A stretch of DNA of 64,000 bases, from positions 64,001-128,000 of IMG/VR virus record IMGVR_UViG_3300033066_000693. One strand, given 5' to 3'. The notes below the pieces were generated by a model. The model was given only the letters and a program-made list of their open reading frames with translations, ran no database searches and had not been told where the DNA came from. Shown here piece by piece: positions 38,440 through 48,628 of this stretch. Each line of letters starts with the position of its first letter. Within the stretch, counting starts at the first letter, position 1. Source of the DNA: a virus. A program made the position numbers and the translations under genes.

Positions 38440-39915
38440 TTATATAGACTGTCGATGTTTCTCAGATTCAAGACTCAACAAAGCCTTGACTTGATCATCG
38501 GTCAAATGTCTAACATTACCCATTTGGCCTCCAATACTATTAACATAGTTATGGGCTGCTATGGTTTCTCTCTTTGCAGGATTGTTATAGAAGATAACGG
38601 CGTCAGGAAATGGGTATAGAGCATAAGTATTCTTGTCCGCGAAAGAAATATCGAACTCTTCGAAACCGCCTACCCTGCATATATACTCTTTAGCGATTGC
38701 ATGAATATGGTTAAGAAGATCAACAGCTTCTTTTAAGTTATCGCTAGAGATAACAATGCCATGATTTTCTAAGAAGTAAACCGGCTTAGAAGGCAGTCCT
38801 TTGAAAGCCACAAAAAGGTCATGTCCCGGAGTCGCATAATCAACATACTCATAATCCAAGTCAGAGTACAGCGCAGAAATGATTTCCTTGGAGTTTTCTA
38901 GACAAAGAAGAAGAGTTGGATAAATGGCATGGGTATGGATTACATACTTCCTTAATAGCAAATGTACGCCAACTTCCATTGAGGGAGTTTTATGACGAAC
39001 ATGAACTTTCTTGAGGATTCCATTGAGTTCAGAATCGTTTTGGCTATTCAATATATCATGCTTCTCTGCTGGCATAATAACAGAATACCCGCGCAGACAA
39101 CTAATGTCTTTGATATCATACCCAGAAGCCTTGATAATCATGAAGTCGTCAGACTTTACAGAAATGTTACCGCCGCCGTTCTGACAAATATCTATGCTCT
39201 GACCAATGGTTTCAGCAATCTTCGTAAAGTCGCTAAAGTCAGAGAGGTAGTTTTCAATGAACTCCAAAAGTCCCTTAGGAACTTCCGTATCTTTCTTCTT
39301 CTCTACAGTTACGGCTATTTCAACCGTCTCATGCTTGTTACCAAGATTATGAATGGCAGAAATAGTGTCGATCTTAACAACTGCGTCTGCTAGACCAATC
39401 TGTTTATCTCTTAGATGTCCATTATCAAGGCTTCGTTTCTTGATAATCTCTAATACGTCATTGTACTTGTAGCCTCTTTCTTCGGTATCTCTTAGCAGCT
39501 TCCAATGCGTTATGAGGTTCCTATCAGCGTCAACAAATATCTTGAGGTCGATAAGCGATTGACTGATATCCGTGTAGAAGGCATGCAATCCTTCTATGAT
39601 AATGAATGACTGCGGCTCTATCTTCTTAGGCGGATTAAACCAGCCTGTCTTATGATTGTACACAGAACGATATATGGGCTTGCCAATCACCAAGTCCTGT
39701 AAATGAAAATCCCCAAGCTCTAGATTGTTTGCATTGGGGTTGAGGTGAGTTATGCTAGACCAAGCTGGATTGTGTCTTTCCCATTTGTGAAGATCGTCTG
39801 TACTTATGATAGCCGTATTATGTTCTCCGAAAAATAGCGAGATAATCTCAGCTAGAGTAGACTTACCAACTCCTGATTCGCCAGATATCCCTATAATGTA
39901 CGGCTTGCTAATCAT
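38440..39915 (-). CDS. Fusion protein: N-terminal uridine kinase/PRK-family P-loop kinase plus C-terminal class II aldolase/adducin (fuculose-P aldolase/ribulose-5-P epimerase) domain
   Basis: Walker A IIGISGESGVGKSTLAE at the N-terminus. The C-terminal half has NGGGNISVK, IIKASGYD and HTHAIYPT, characteristic of class II aldolases. Confidence 0.5.
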   Translation of the reverse strand: MISKPYIIGISGESGVGKSTLAEIISLFFGEHNTAIISTDDLHKWERHNPAWSSITHLNPNANNLELGDFHLQDLVIGKPIYRSVYNHKTGWFNPPKKIEPQSFIIIEGLHAFYTDISQSLIDLKIFVDADRNLITHWKLLRDTEERGYKYNDVLEIIKKRSLDNGHLRDKQIGLADAVVKIDTISAIHNLGNKHETVEIAVTVEKKKDTEVPKGLLEFIENYLSDFSDFTKIAETIGQSIDICQNGGGNISVKSDDFMIIKASGYDIKDISCLRGYSVIMPAEKHDILNSQNDSELNGILKKVHVRHKTPSMEVGVHLLLRKYVIHTHAIYPTLLLCLENSKEIISALYSDLDYEYVDYATPGHDLFVAFKGLPSKPVYFLENHGIVISSDNLKEAVDLLNHIHAIAKEYICRVGGFEEFDISFADKNTYALYPFPDAVIFYNNPAKRETIAAHNYVNSIGGQMGNVRHLTDDQVKALLSLESEKHRQSI

Positions 39916-40817
39916 TAGTCTAACATACCAACCTTTCTTAGAAGATTTTCAGTTGCTCTCGTTCTAATCTTGCAGTTTTCTTCAGAAAGAAAATGAGGAA
40001 AAGGACGAACCGCATGAAGGTTCTTGTATTGACCTGTTCTTATTCTTTCTTCGTCAACCTCATATTCGCCTTTTTCTGCATTATACATAGACGAATGTAC
40101 ATGATTCCCGTCCGTTCTTCCAACTCCGCTCTTTAGGAAGAACCCTGTAAACTTTACGTCTTTGTTGAATATGCTATTTCGCAAAGCCCTCGTAGATCTA
40201 AGCTCTTCAGCGCACCACAAGTTATGCTGCTCAATAGGATCGCATTCTCTAAATGCCCTAGTTCCATTGTATCGCTTACTTGTTACTATGTTGCTAATGC
40301 TTTCCTCGAACCCGCCTTCTATGTCCAAAGCATACTTCATTAGGCCGCCCTTAGCGCAATGATATTGAGCAGGGAGGTTCGTATCGTGTCCAAGATCTTT
40401 TTGGTTCTGCGGCGTAATAACCTTGTTGGCCCAGCCGTATTGCGTTCCATTTAGCTGCGTGATTCCGTCTGCGTCAAGATGCAAATAATGGTCGTCAGCA
40501 AAGTCGGCTATTTGCGTTGTTAGCCAGTCGGTTGCCAATGGGTACATATCCATATCACCGATTAGCCAAGTCGTATCAGGCTCTAAGGTAGGCCAAAAGA
40601 ACTTGCTCCATGTAATTTGAATCAATAGAGGCCAGTTTGGCATAATGGGAACCTCGATTACCTTCCCATACTCTTCGCTCATATTTGTCTTCGATCTATC
40701 TCCAAATAACAAGCACACGGGTTCTATCCCAAGCTTTGTCTTGAAGACCTTGGCATTCAAGTTCCAGAATACGCTAAACGTTTCTGAAGTAGAAAATATG
40801 ACTTTATCAATCTTCAC
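39915..40817 (-). CDS. putative glycosyltransferase, paralog A1 (300 aa) of the 42360-43265 gene
   Basis: About 45% identical in pattern to the 301-aa ORF at 42360-43265 (…IEPVCLLFGD.SKTNMSEEYGK… GDMDMYPL / GDMDLLPL). Confidence 0.35.
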   Translation of the reverse strand: MKIDKVIFSTSETFSVFWNLNAKVFKTKLGIEPVCLLFGDRSKTNMSEEYGKVIEVPIMPNWPLLIQITWSKFFWPTLEPDTTWLIGDMDMYPLATDWLTTQIADFADDHYLHLDADGITQLNGTQYGWANKVITPQNQKDLGHDTNLPAQYHCAKGGLMKYALDIEGGFEESISNIVTSKRYNGTRAFRECDPIEQHNLWCAEELRSTRALRNSIFNKDVKFTGFFLKSGVGRTDGNHVHSSMYNAEKGEYEVDEERIRTGQYKNLHAVRPFPHFLSEENCKIRTRATENLLRKVGMLD

Positions 40818-41698
40818 AATCCAGCCTCTTCTACTTGATATACGCTTTTGAAGTTCTTCTTGCCAATAAGCGAAGGAAAACGGCTAAAAGACGAATAACG
40901 ATTAGACGCTACATTTAGGCTGCTCTTAGACATTGTTGCCATATCAAAATATGTCTGTTGCCATTTTGGTAGCATGGGCGGAATTGATATGATGTTCTTG
41001 TTCTTTTTAACAAGGAAGTCCACAAACTCCGCCTTCTTCTCGTCCTCGTCGCTGCATATGAAAAACGTATCGTAGACCTTTACCGCCTTTTCCATGCACT
41101 TGTAAGTAAGCTCATTTAGTTCTTCAATCTGAGTAGAATGAATAAAGGTTCCGTCTGTAGCTTCTGGGCGAACCTTATCTCCTCTTCGAATATGAAGAGT
41201 CATAAACTTTTCTGGTAGAGTGCTTAGATACGCATTTATAGTATCGCAAAATCCAAACTCTTTCGCAACCTCGTCAAAACGATTCTGAAACTCTTCAAAA
41301 GTCAACCTGTCTTGAAGATGCTTAAGCCAAAATGCACGAGGGTCCGTTGTTCCTCCTACAGCGTGTTCAAACGTTGGATAAGTAGCTCGTATGAGCTTCA
41401 TTTCTTCTGGATCTACAATCCATTCTTTTAGAAACTTACCCTGAATCTCAACGTAAGGAACAACAATGGTATTGGACGGAAACCTTATATACTTTCTTAC
41501 ATTTTCAAGTTGCGTATCTATATAACGGAAAGATGGATCTAGCTGTCTGATTGTTCTATTTTCGTGCCCTCGATAAGTAGTCCATGTAACGAAAATATCT
41601 GTCTGCAAAATCCTTGCATATGTTGCGACATATAGGATATCAGAGAGTCTATCTCCAAGGCCGCTTTCCGTAGGTTTAGTCCAAAATATAGGCATCAA
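40814..41698 (-). CDS. fucosyltransferase-superfamily protein (GT11/GT23-like)
   Basis: LHIRRGDKV matches the HxRRxD motif shared by alpha1,2- and alpha1,6-fucosyltransferases. It sits in the same locus as gmd/fcl. Confidence 0.45.
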   Translation of the reverse strand: MMPIFWTKPTESGLGDRLSDILYVATYARILQTDIFVTWTTYRGHENRTIRQLDPSFRYIDTQLENVRKYIRFPSNTIVVPYVEIQGKFLKEWIVDPEEMKLIRATYPTFEHAVGGTTDPRAFWLKHLQDRLTFEEFQNRFDEVAKEFGFCDTINAYLSTLPEKFMTLHIRRGDKVRPEATDGTFIHSTQIEELNELTYKCMEKAVKVYDTFFICSDEDEKKAEFVDFLVKKNKNIISIPPMLPKWQQTYFDMATMSKSSLNVASNRYSSFSRFPSLIGKKNFKSVYQVEEAGL

Positions 41699-42348
41699 TT
41701 CTTCCTAAAATAGGCCAATGTATCTCTAAAATCTGGTAACAAATCTTGGAAGTCCACAAACCCTGCTTCTTCAACTATCTTCTTGTTCAAAGCCAAGTCC
41801 ATATAGAACCAACAGCCGCCAGTTGGCGATGGATTAGAATACTTGTATGCATGCAGATATTCCTCGGTAGCATTCTTATGATCAGGATGCCTGTCGAAGT
41901 TGGCAAACATGATTATCGCATGACCTCCGGGCTTCATTTTCTTGTACAGATTTGTCAGATATGAGGCCTGCGCTTCTCCTGATAGATGGCAAAACACCCC
42001 AAAACTAAAGGCGAAATCAATACTGCTGTCTTGGACGCCAGTACAGAAAAAGTCCTTATTGCTTAGCTGTATATAGTCGCAGTCGCCTTGAAACTTTTGA
42101 GGTACTACATCCAAGCATACGACTCGCTTGAAGTTTGGGATAAGGAAGTTTCTAGTCCACATACCTCCGCCGCATCCTATCTCAAGACAAATATGGTCTT
42201 TGTTGTAATACTTAGCCATTGCCGCAACAACATCGTCTCTGGTATACTTCGTAAGACCCTCATTGATATAGCCTTCGAATGACTCTTCATAGCCTCCGGG
42301 CCATAGCGTATTAAACACGTCAGCGGTTGTATCTCTATTGAATTCCAT
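41695..42348 (-). CDS. class I SAM-dependent methyltransferase
   Basis: Motif I LEIGCGGGMWTRNF. Motif post-I VVCLD. Confidence 0.55.
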   Translation of the reverse strand: MEFNRDTTADVFNTLWPGGYEESFEGYINEGLTKYTRDDVVAAMAKYYNKDHICLEIGCGGGMWTRNFLIPNFKRVVCLDVVPQKFQGDCDYIQLSNKDFFCTGVQDSSIDFAFSFGVFCHLSGEAQASYLTNLYKKMKPGGHAIIMFANFDRHPDHKNATEEYLHAYKYSNPSPTGGCWFYMDLALNKKIVEEAGFVDFQDLLPDFRDTLAYFRKN

Positions 42349-42359
42349 GAGAACCTTTC

Positions 42360-43265
42360 TTAGTGAAGTATACCCGATATCTCAATGATTCGCTGCAAAG
42401 CGTGAGCTTGCGGCGCATATGGACGCACCTGACAACAATGAATGTCTACGATTTCTTTTCTGCGCAAATGAAGCTCATTGTATGTGTAGTTGTTGGCTGG
42501 CTTGTCCCATTGCCAGATTCGTTCTCTGTTGTTATCGTAGTTGATGCCGTCATAGAATACTTGATTGTTTCTAATGGCATTTGTTAGACATTCAGAGGTA
42601 TAGTTCTCTTCCGCCAACCAATACCACCAGAACTGCCCGCAGCCTTGGAATGGAGGAAGAATCTCGGTCTTCTTTTCAATAGGCCATCCAGAGTGCGCTC
42701 CCATTCCGTAGATATCAGCCTTGTATATGTACCTTACAATGTCTTCAAATGATCTATCTTGGAAGAAGAGCTTGTTGAATAGCTTTCCTTTGGCAACATG
42801 GTAATGGGCTGGAATATCGCATCCAACTCTGCCCTCTCTCCTTCCATGCACTTCCGATCCAAAAGTACGAAAAGCGTCTGCTCTGCCGCACCTAGGCAGT
42901 CCAATGCCAGCGTTATTGAGACATAGATAATGGTCGTCAGGATATGGCTCAATCTTACTTGTAAAGTGATGTTTTTGCAATGGAAGCAAATCCATATCGC
43001 CAGTTATCCAAACTGTTTCTGGTTCGGTAATAGTATGGTAGAACTTGCTCATAGTAAGTTGAATAGCCCAAGGAACGTCAGGAATAAGTTCCTTTTCTAT
43101 GATCTTTCCATGCTCTTCAGTCATGTTGGTATTAGCCTTCTTGCCATAGAGCAAGCAGATAGGCTCAATCCCAAGACCTTGTTTGTAAAGACGAGCTTGG
43201 GTATTCCAATATGAACTATATATGTCAGGCTCGGTAACGGAGAAAATGGCTTTTTGAATACGCAT
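42360..43265 (-). CDS. putative glycosyltransferase, paralog A2 (301 aa)
   Basis: Paralogous to 39915-40817. Confidence 0.35.
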   Translation of the reverse strand: MRIQKAIFSVTEPDIYSSYWNTQARLYKQGLGIEPICLLYGKKANTNMTEEHGKIIEKELIPDVPWAIQLTMSKFYHTITEPETVWITGDMDLLPLQKHHFTSKIEPYPDDHYLCLNNAGIGLPRCGRADAFRTFGSEVHGRREGRVGCDIPAHYHVAKGKLFNKLFFQDRSFEDIVRYIYKADIYGMGAHSGWPIEKKTEILPPFQGCGQFWWYWLAEENYTSECLTNAIRNNQVFYDGINYDNNRERIWQWDKPANNYTYNELHLRRKEIVDIHCCQVRPYAPQAHALQRIIEISGILH

Positions 43266-43277
43266 AGTTGTTTCGCT

Positions 43278-43952
43278 TTATGTTATTTGATACCAATGAA
43301 CTTCTTTTTCCAACGGTCTTACTGCAACAAGTTCATAGTTCAAATTATGTTCTTCCCAAAAATCATGCAACGCTTTTCTTGCTCCAACGAGAGCATAGTC
43401 GTCTATGATAACGAATCCGCCTTTTTGAACCTTGTGATGCAAATGGTCTAAACAGACCTTAGTTGAGTCATACAAGTCGCCGTCAAGACGCAAGAGAGAA
43501 ATTTTGTCTATGGTATTTACAGGAACCGTATCCTGAAACCATCCCTCAACAAATACGTAGTTTTCAATCATAAGACGCCATCGCTTGCCAATGTTGTCTT
43601 TTACTACATCTAGACCATGAACGGTAATACCGCTGCTAACAAGCAACTCTCTTGGGTCTTTTGGTAATGCTCTATTTGGATCAACAGGGCCTACTCCGGG
43701 TTGGTCTGCGTCAAACTGACCAGCCAAAGGAATGCCCTGATAACTGTCATATGCATAGATCTTCTTAGGAGAAGACAGCTTCTTGCATACATGCCCCATA
43801 ACCCCAATCTGAGAACCGGCAGCAACGCCGCACTCAACAAAATCGCCTTCGATTCCATTGACAATAGCTTTGCATGCAAGGTCATAGGTGTTCTGTATAG
43901 TGTCAACATTCGAATACGCAAGATCTGCGTATGTTTTTAGCTCGTCCAACAT
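43278..43952 (-). CDS. TylF/MycF-family O-methyltransferase (macrocin O-MTase-like)
   Basis: GDFVECGVAAGSQ and LRLDGDLYDSTKVCLDHL match the TylF family signature (metal-dependent sugar O-methyltransferases). Confidence 0.55.
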   Translation of the reverse strand: MLDELKTYADLAYSNVDTIQNTYDLACKAIVNGIEGDFVECGVAAGSQIGVMGHVCKKLSSPKKIYAYDSYQGIPLAGQFDADQPGVGPVDPNRALPKDPRELLVSSGITVHGLDVVKDNIGKRWRLMIENYVFVEGWFQDTVPVNTIDKISLLRLDGDLYDSTKVCLDHLHHKVQKGGFVIIDDYALVGARKALHDFWEEHNLNYELVAVRPLEKEVHWYQIT

Positions 43953-44004
43953 GCTTCGTCTCCTTCATTATGATATGGTATTCGACTCATTGATTTCATT
44001 CCCT

Positions 44005-44844
44005 TTATTTCCATTCCCAACCCAAACTCTTCTCAATTTGAGTAACCTGATCGCATTTTTCTTTGTTTCCATACTCGTTATAGAAATCGACTATTTCCTT
44101 AGCAGAGAACGAGCCTCTTGAGGTATTACAACCAACCGCTCCAATGTAGTTAGTGAAATCATCTCCTCGATTTCTAACATGCTCAGGAATGTCCTGCATA
44201 TTTGCTTCGGTAACGTTCTTATTAGCAGAACGATCATTAGGGCCTTCCAAGCGATGAATACAAGAAGACTGTTGAGTAGGAGGCCATATGATATTAGTCA
44301 AGAAATCTTGATCGTATCCATATATAGTCGATCCTTCCTCTCGGAACTTGCCTCGCAGAAGGTCGTCCAAAGAGCTTACTCTGAAGATATCAAGAAAAGC
44401 TTTCGTATTGAATCCGCACATACCGCCCATCAATGGAATGCAATGACTTCGATTGTCGTTGATACCATGAACGGCCTTGCCTGTAGAGATGAATGCTCTG
44501 ACGCACTGTAACTGTCTGGGAGTAAGAATGGAATCAAGATCTCGGCAGAACACAAACTCTGTATTTTCCCATATGGGAAGCATTCTCCACAACATCATTG
44601 TGCATCTAAGATGTCTCTGATAGAACTGTCCTGCGTCTGGAACAACCGTAACTCTAATAAGTCCTTCGGCGGCCAACTTTCGCAATACTGGGCAGTATCC
44701 TTGGTCATTTAGTTCATGATCAGTATAGACCCATAGAACCCATGACGGATCATGATAAAGAGTAAAATGCTGCCTAATATTTGTTCCCAAATACGCAGCC
44801 CATCTTTGCTTATCACCAAATAGGGAAAAGCTGTTCACTTTCAT
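44005..44844 (-). CDS. hypothetical protein, paralog B1 (279 aa), probable glycosyltransferase
   Basis: Shares blocks with 44841-45626 (VHGINDNRSHCIPLMGGMCGFN vs LHCMRDHVEHNVPILGGMWGCKKG). Confidence 0.3.
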   Translation of the reverse strand: MKVNSFSLFGDKQRWAAYLGTNIRQHFTLYHDPSWVLWVYTDHELNDQGYCPVLRKLAAEGLIRVTVVPDAGQFYQRHLRCTMMLWRMLPIWENTEFVFCRDLDSILTPRQLQCVRAFISTGKAVHGINDNRSHCIPLMGGMCGFNTKAFLDIFRVSSLDDLLRGKFREEGSTIYGYDQDFLTNIIWPPTQQSSCIHRLEGPNDRSANKNVTEANMQDIPEHVRNRGDDFTNYIGAVGCNTSRGSFSAKEIVDFYNEYGNKEKCDQVTQIEKSLGWEWK

Positions 44845-45626
44845 TGAATGATCTCCCCTACATGAACCCCATGCGTCATCTTCTCATGAGGAGGGAATGG
44901 GCGAAGTTCATGTGGCCCAAAGAATGTTAGTGGGTCATAGATGTATTCTGGCATTTGAGGCGGCGGCGGGGCCTCTTCGCCTTCTTGCACAACCGGAGGA
45001 TCGTAATGGAAAATGTATCCCTCTTTCATTTCCCCATTGATAATAGTCAATCCTTGATAGAACTTATCATGAACAAGGGCATGCTTCTTTAGCTTATCCC
45101 AGACTACCTCTCTAAGAAAATCCTGATCGCAACCCTTATAGTCTTTCTTCTGCCATTCGTCAATAAACTGCGGCATATCTATCAAGATGCCTTTCTTACA
45201 GCCCCACATACCTCCCAATATTGGAACGTTATGCTCTACATGATCTCTCATACAATGAAGAGGCTTATCGCTTCGTAACCATTCATTTACGGCTGCTTGC
45301 TCTCTTACATTTACTCTAGAGTCAATGTCTCTAGAAATGAAGATATCAACGTTTTGCTCTCCCGCTGGCAAGAACCTCCAGAAAAGACCCTCCCACGGAC
45401 TGGAAATCGTTTTCTTAACAACTATCTGCGCTCCAAGGCTCTCAGCTTCTTTCATGAAAGAACGAGATACCTCTTCGTCACAATAAAAACGAACGTCCCA
45501 ACCGGGATATATCTCTTTACAGAGATGAATGTTCTCGATAGAGCCGTCAAGATATGACTTCCTATCGCCCCATACGCTAAATGATACAAGCTTAGACATT
45601 TCCGCCCTCTTAATTAACTCTACCAT
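44841..45626 (-). CDS. hypothetical protein, paralog B2 (261 aa), probable glycosyltransferase
   Basis: Paralogous to 44005-44844. 4-nt overlap. Confidence 0.3.
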   Translation of the reverse strand: MVELIKRAEMSKLVSFSVWGDRKSYLDGSIENIHLCKEIYPGWDVRFYCDEEVSRSFMKEAESLGAQIVVKKTISSPWEGLFWRFLPAGEQNVDIFISRDIDSRVNVREQAAVNEWLRSDKPLHCMRDHVEHNVPILGGMWGCKKGILIDMPQFIDEWQKKDYKGCDQDFLREVVWDKLKKHALVHDKFYQGLTIINGEMKEGYIFHYDPPVVQEGEEAPPPPQMPEYIYDPLTFFGPHELRPFPPHEKMTHGVHVGEIIQ

Positions 45627-46407
45627 CTATGTGTTTTTGAAGGTCTTCCTTCAGGCTGGCCACTCTTACTTCCATCGGAGTACCAATCGTTTCGTCGTAC
45701 ACTGTCCCATTTTGGCTATAATGATGCTGTCTCTTGTGATTCAGATGCAGTAGAGGTGCGTCTCTGCTCTCATGTAGTTTACATAAGGTGCTTATACGAG
45801 TCCAAAACTCGCAATCTTCGCTTCCGTATCCTACAAACTTCTCGTTCATACCGCCTATCTTATAGAAAGCATCTTTAGTAAAACCAATGCTTCCTCCTGT
45901 AAAATAATCAGACCTCTTTCCTCCTCGCCAAATCACTCCAAAGCGCAAGAGATCCATATTGTAGATCTCTTTAGCTATAAAACAAGCCTCATACTCGTAA
46001 AGTATATTGCTAACTCTAAAGATGTAATCTCTAGGCAAAATTATGTCTGCGTCATTCATTAGAATGGACTTGTAGGTTGCTGCAACCACGCCTGCGTTTA
46101 CTGCCTTGCATTTATTGAAAGGAGAACCATTGCTCTTGGTATAGATTTTTCGAACTCTAGAGTCTTGTCTAAAGTCGTCAAGCTTGACTATCTCTCTTTG
46201 ATCTTCCTCTGAAATAATGATTTCAATTGGCTCTACATTCTGCTGCAACAATCGAGATACGCAATACCTAAGATTAGGGATTCTTTCAATACCTCGTATT
46301 GGAATAACTACAGTAACGCCCGGTATTGACCTGACTGGCGAAGTAGCGTATTCAAACTTTCTCTGAACTTCTTGCGGAAGATTTGTAATCATTCTCGAAT
46401 GAATCAT
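45610..46407 (-). CDS. family 2 glycosyltransferase (GT-A fold)
   Basis: VVIPIRGIERIPNLRYCVSRLL...EIIISEED and a later NDADIIL (DxD). Confidence 0.5.
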   Translation of the reverse strand: MIHSRMITNLPQEVQRKFEYATSPVRSIPGVTVVIPIRGIERIPNLRYCVSRLLQQNVEPIEIIISEEDQREIVKLDDFRQDSRVRKIYTKSNGSPFNKCKAVNAGVVAATYKSILMNDADIILPRDYIFRVSNILYEYEACFIAKEIYNMDLLRFGVIWRGGKRSDYFTGGSIGFTKDAFYKIGGMNEKFVGYGSEDCEFWTRISTLCKLHESRDAPLLHLNHKRQHHYSQNGTVYDETIGTPMEVRVASLKEDLQKHIDGRVN

Positions 46408-47028
46408 TTACCAGCCTCTAATACGTGGGTGAATAGGAACGCCTCTACTATTTGGAGGTGGCACTTGAGAAGGCTGATTAGGCGGTCCTCCCTTTTCATA
46501 CAAGTAATGGTAGATTACTCCGGGAATGAATCGCTCTTCCTTCAACAAGGGCAACAATCTAGTTGAATAGTCTCGATCTTCTCCAAAATTGGACTCAGGA
46601 AACTTAACCTGCAATGCTAGCTCTCTTTTGACAGGGTTCAAATGGTTTGGACAGCGATAGTAAATCTTGTTTTGCTCAAACCACTCTTTATACTTGAGCG
46701 AATGAATGAACATTCTAGGCGAAGATCCTTGGAACGTGATAATTCCCTGAAGACCGCAGCAATCTGGTTTTGTTTCAATAGCGCTTAGTATCTTAGAAAC
46801 ATAATCTTCAGATACCAAATCGTCGTCGTCTACAAAGCAAACGTATTCGCCTTGAGCTTCGTCTAGTAGAAGATTACGCTTCCTTCCAATAGGGATTTGT
46901 CCCTCGTCTGTCTTCACAATGATCTCTACGTCATTATGAGCTTGCGGCTGTAGCACATTCAGAAGCCTTTGTAGTTTATCTACTCTAGACCCTAGAGAAC
47001 AAATCAAAATTGACAGTTTCTTACTCAT
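46408..47028 (-). CDS. family 2 glycosyltransferase
   Basis: LSILICSLGSR...LNVLQPQ.....VEIIV and FVDDDDLVSEDY (DxD). Confidence 0.55.
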   Translation of the reverse strand: MSKKLSILICSLGSRVDKLQRLLNVLQPQAHNDVEIIVKTDEGQIPIGRKRNLLLDEAQGEYVCFVDDDDLVSEDYVSKILSAIETKPDCCGLQGIITFQGSSPRMFIHSLKYKEWFEQNKIYYRCPNHLNPVKRELALQVKFPESNFGEDRDYSTRLLPLLKEERFIPGVIYHYLYEKGGPPNQPSQVPPPNSRGVPIHPRIRGW

Positions 47029-47852
47029 ACTATTTTCCCTCTTCTGGACAAGCGAATAGCTCGCTGTTTTTCAAAGTTCTTTACCCATTTATTCATTGCA
47101 GCGGTCCTTTTATCTATCGGAGCATTGGGCAAAAGCCCCTTCGGTATCTGCTCATTCTGGTCTGCTAACCGCTGTATGCCTTTACCTTCTTCTCGAATAG
47201 CCCATTGCACAAAATGCTTATTACCTCTGTTATAGCCGCTCGCCATTATCCAAGGCCTTCCTAGGTCTTTTAGAACAACGCTGCTATTATCAAAGGGGAA
47301 GTATATGAAACTCTCTTTACGATACTGGTTCTTAAGATTTCGGAGTTGTACCTCAGGATTATCGGAGGTATTGAGTTTTTCGCCCATCTCTCTACAGAAG
47401 GTTCCTCGTATGAAGCTGGGAGCTAACCAGAAGTCTTGTTGAACGTTTTTCCAAGCTCGCAATGCTACTTGCTGGACATGCGGAGCTATAAAGAACTGGT
47501 TGAAGGACGACATCTTGAACGGAGCTAAAAGTTCCCAATCGTCCTCTAAATGGAAGTTATAGTATGTTTCTATCTTAGAGAAGCACCATTTTATAGCCGA
47601 AGCGAAGTTTGGAGTATCTGGCATATTGACAATAACATTGCCAAAATACGTTCTAGCTATAGCAGCGACTTCTTCTCTTTTATGGTCGTCTTTGCCGTCA
47701 GGAAACCTATCTATATTGAGATATAGAGTCACTTGTTTGAAATCTATGCCTTGTAAGTTCTTTGTAAAGGAATCATAAGTAGCCTTAATCAACTCTGGAC
47801 GAGGCATAGCAGTTGTAGTAAAACTAAGCGTTTTCTCGGTTATTGGGTACAT
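47025..47852 (-). CDS. hypothetical protein, paralog C1 (275 aa; FHLEDDW motif), possible nucleotide-sugar transferase
   Basis: Shares TTTAMPRPELI and (F)HLEDDW(E/L)LL blocks with 47855-48628. Confidence 0.3.
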   Translation of the reverse strand: MYPITEKTLSFTTTAMPRPELIKATYDSFTKNLQGIDFKQVTLYLNIDRFPDGKDDHKREEVAAIARTYFGNVIVNMPDTPNFASAIKWCFSKIETYYNFHLEDDWELLAPFKMSSFNQFFIAPHVQQVALRAWKNVQQDFWLAPSFIRGTFCREMGEKLNTSDNPEVQLRNLKNQYRKESFIYFPFDNSSVVLKDLGRPWIMASGYNRGNKHFVQWAIREEGKGIQRLADQNEQIPKGLLPNAPIDKRTAAMNKWVKNFEKQRAIRLSRRGKIV

Positions 47853-47854
47853 AG

Positions 47855-48628
47855 TTAGAGCTTAGACCTATCAATCTCTGCGTTCTGGTCTCTTATCTTT
47901 TGCTCTCTTTCCAGAGCTAATGGGTTCCGTACAATGTTCCATTTGGTGAACTCGTCGCCACCTCTCGCAAAGTTCGTCTTCTTCATCCAAGTTCTACCAG
48001 TATCTTGTAGAATGACTTTCTCCTCTTCGAACGGCCAATAGATAAAAACATCTTCTGGCTTATATGGGTTGGCAGCCCTGATTTGATTCTCAGGATTCTT
48101 TGAAGGATTCAATGATTTTGCCATAAGGTTGCAAAAAGAAGTCCTCATGATATTGGGACTTAGACAGAACCTTGGATTGGATATCTTCCATGCGCGAAAT
48201 GAAACTTGCATGATCTTCTCGTTATCGAAGAACTCGCCTATGCTCTCAGGAATATCAGAAAGCAATAGCCAATCATCCTCTAAATGGAAGACGAACTCAG
48301 AGTTGGCATTCGTGAACAACCACTGAACAGCCAAAGAGAAGTTCGGTATGTTAGTAACCAGAGTCTCTTCGTTGCGACAGACAACTTTGCCAAAGAACGT
48401 TCTAGCTATTCTAATGACTTCGGCGGTTTCTGCTACGCCTGTTGTATCTGGCAAGCGGTCTACGCTCAAGAATAGAGTCATCTTCTTGAAATCGAGCCAC
48501 GGCATTCGTTCTTGAAACGATTGATATGTAGGCCCTATAAGCTCGGGCCTTGGCATTGCGGTTGTAGTTATACAGGTATTCGAAGTAGAAGGTCTGCTCA
48601 TGCTACAATTATCGGGCAATTGCAGCAA
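47855..48628 (-). CDS. hypothetical protein, paralog C2 (257 aa)
   Basis: Paralogous to 47025-47852. Confidence 0.3.
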   Translation of the reverse strand: MLQLPDNCSMSRPSTSNTCITTTAMPRPELIGPTYQSFQERMPWLDFKKMTLFLSVDRLPDTTGVAETAEVIRIARTFFGKVVCRNEETLVTNIPNFSLAVQWLFTNANSEFVFHLEDDWLLLSDIPESIGEFFDNEKIMQVSFRAWKISNPRFCLSPNIMRTSFCNLMAKSLNPSKNPENQIRAANPYKPEDVFIYWPFEEEKVILQDTGRTWMKKTNFARGGDEFTKWNIVRNPLALEREQKIRDQNAEIDRSKL

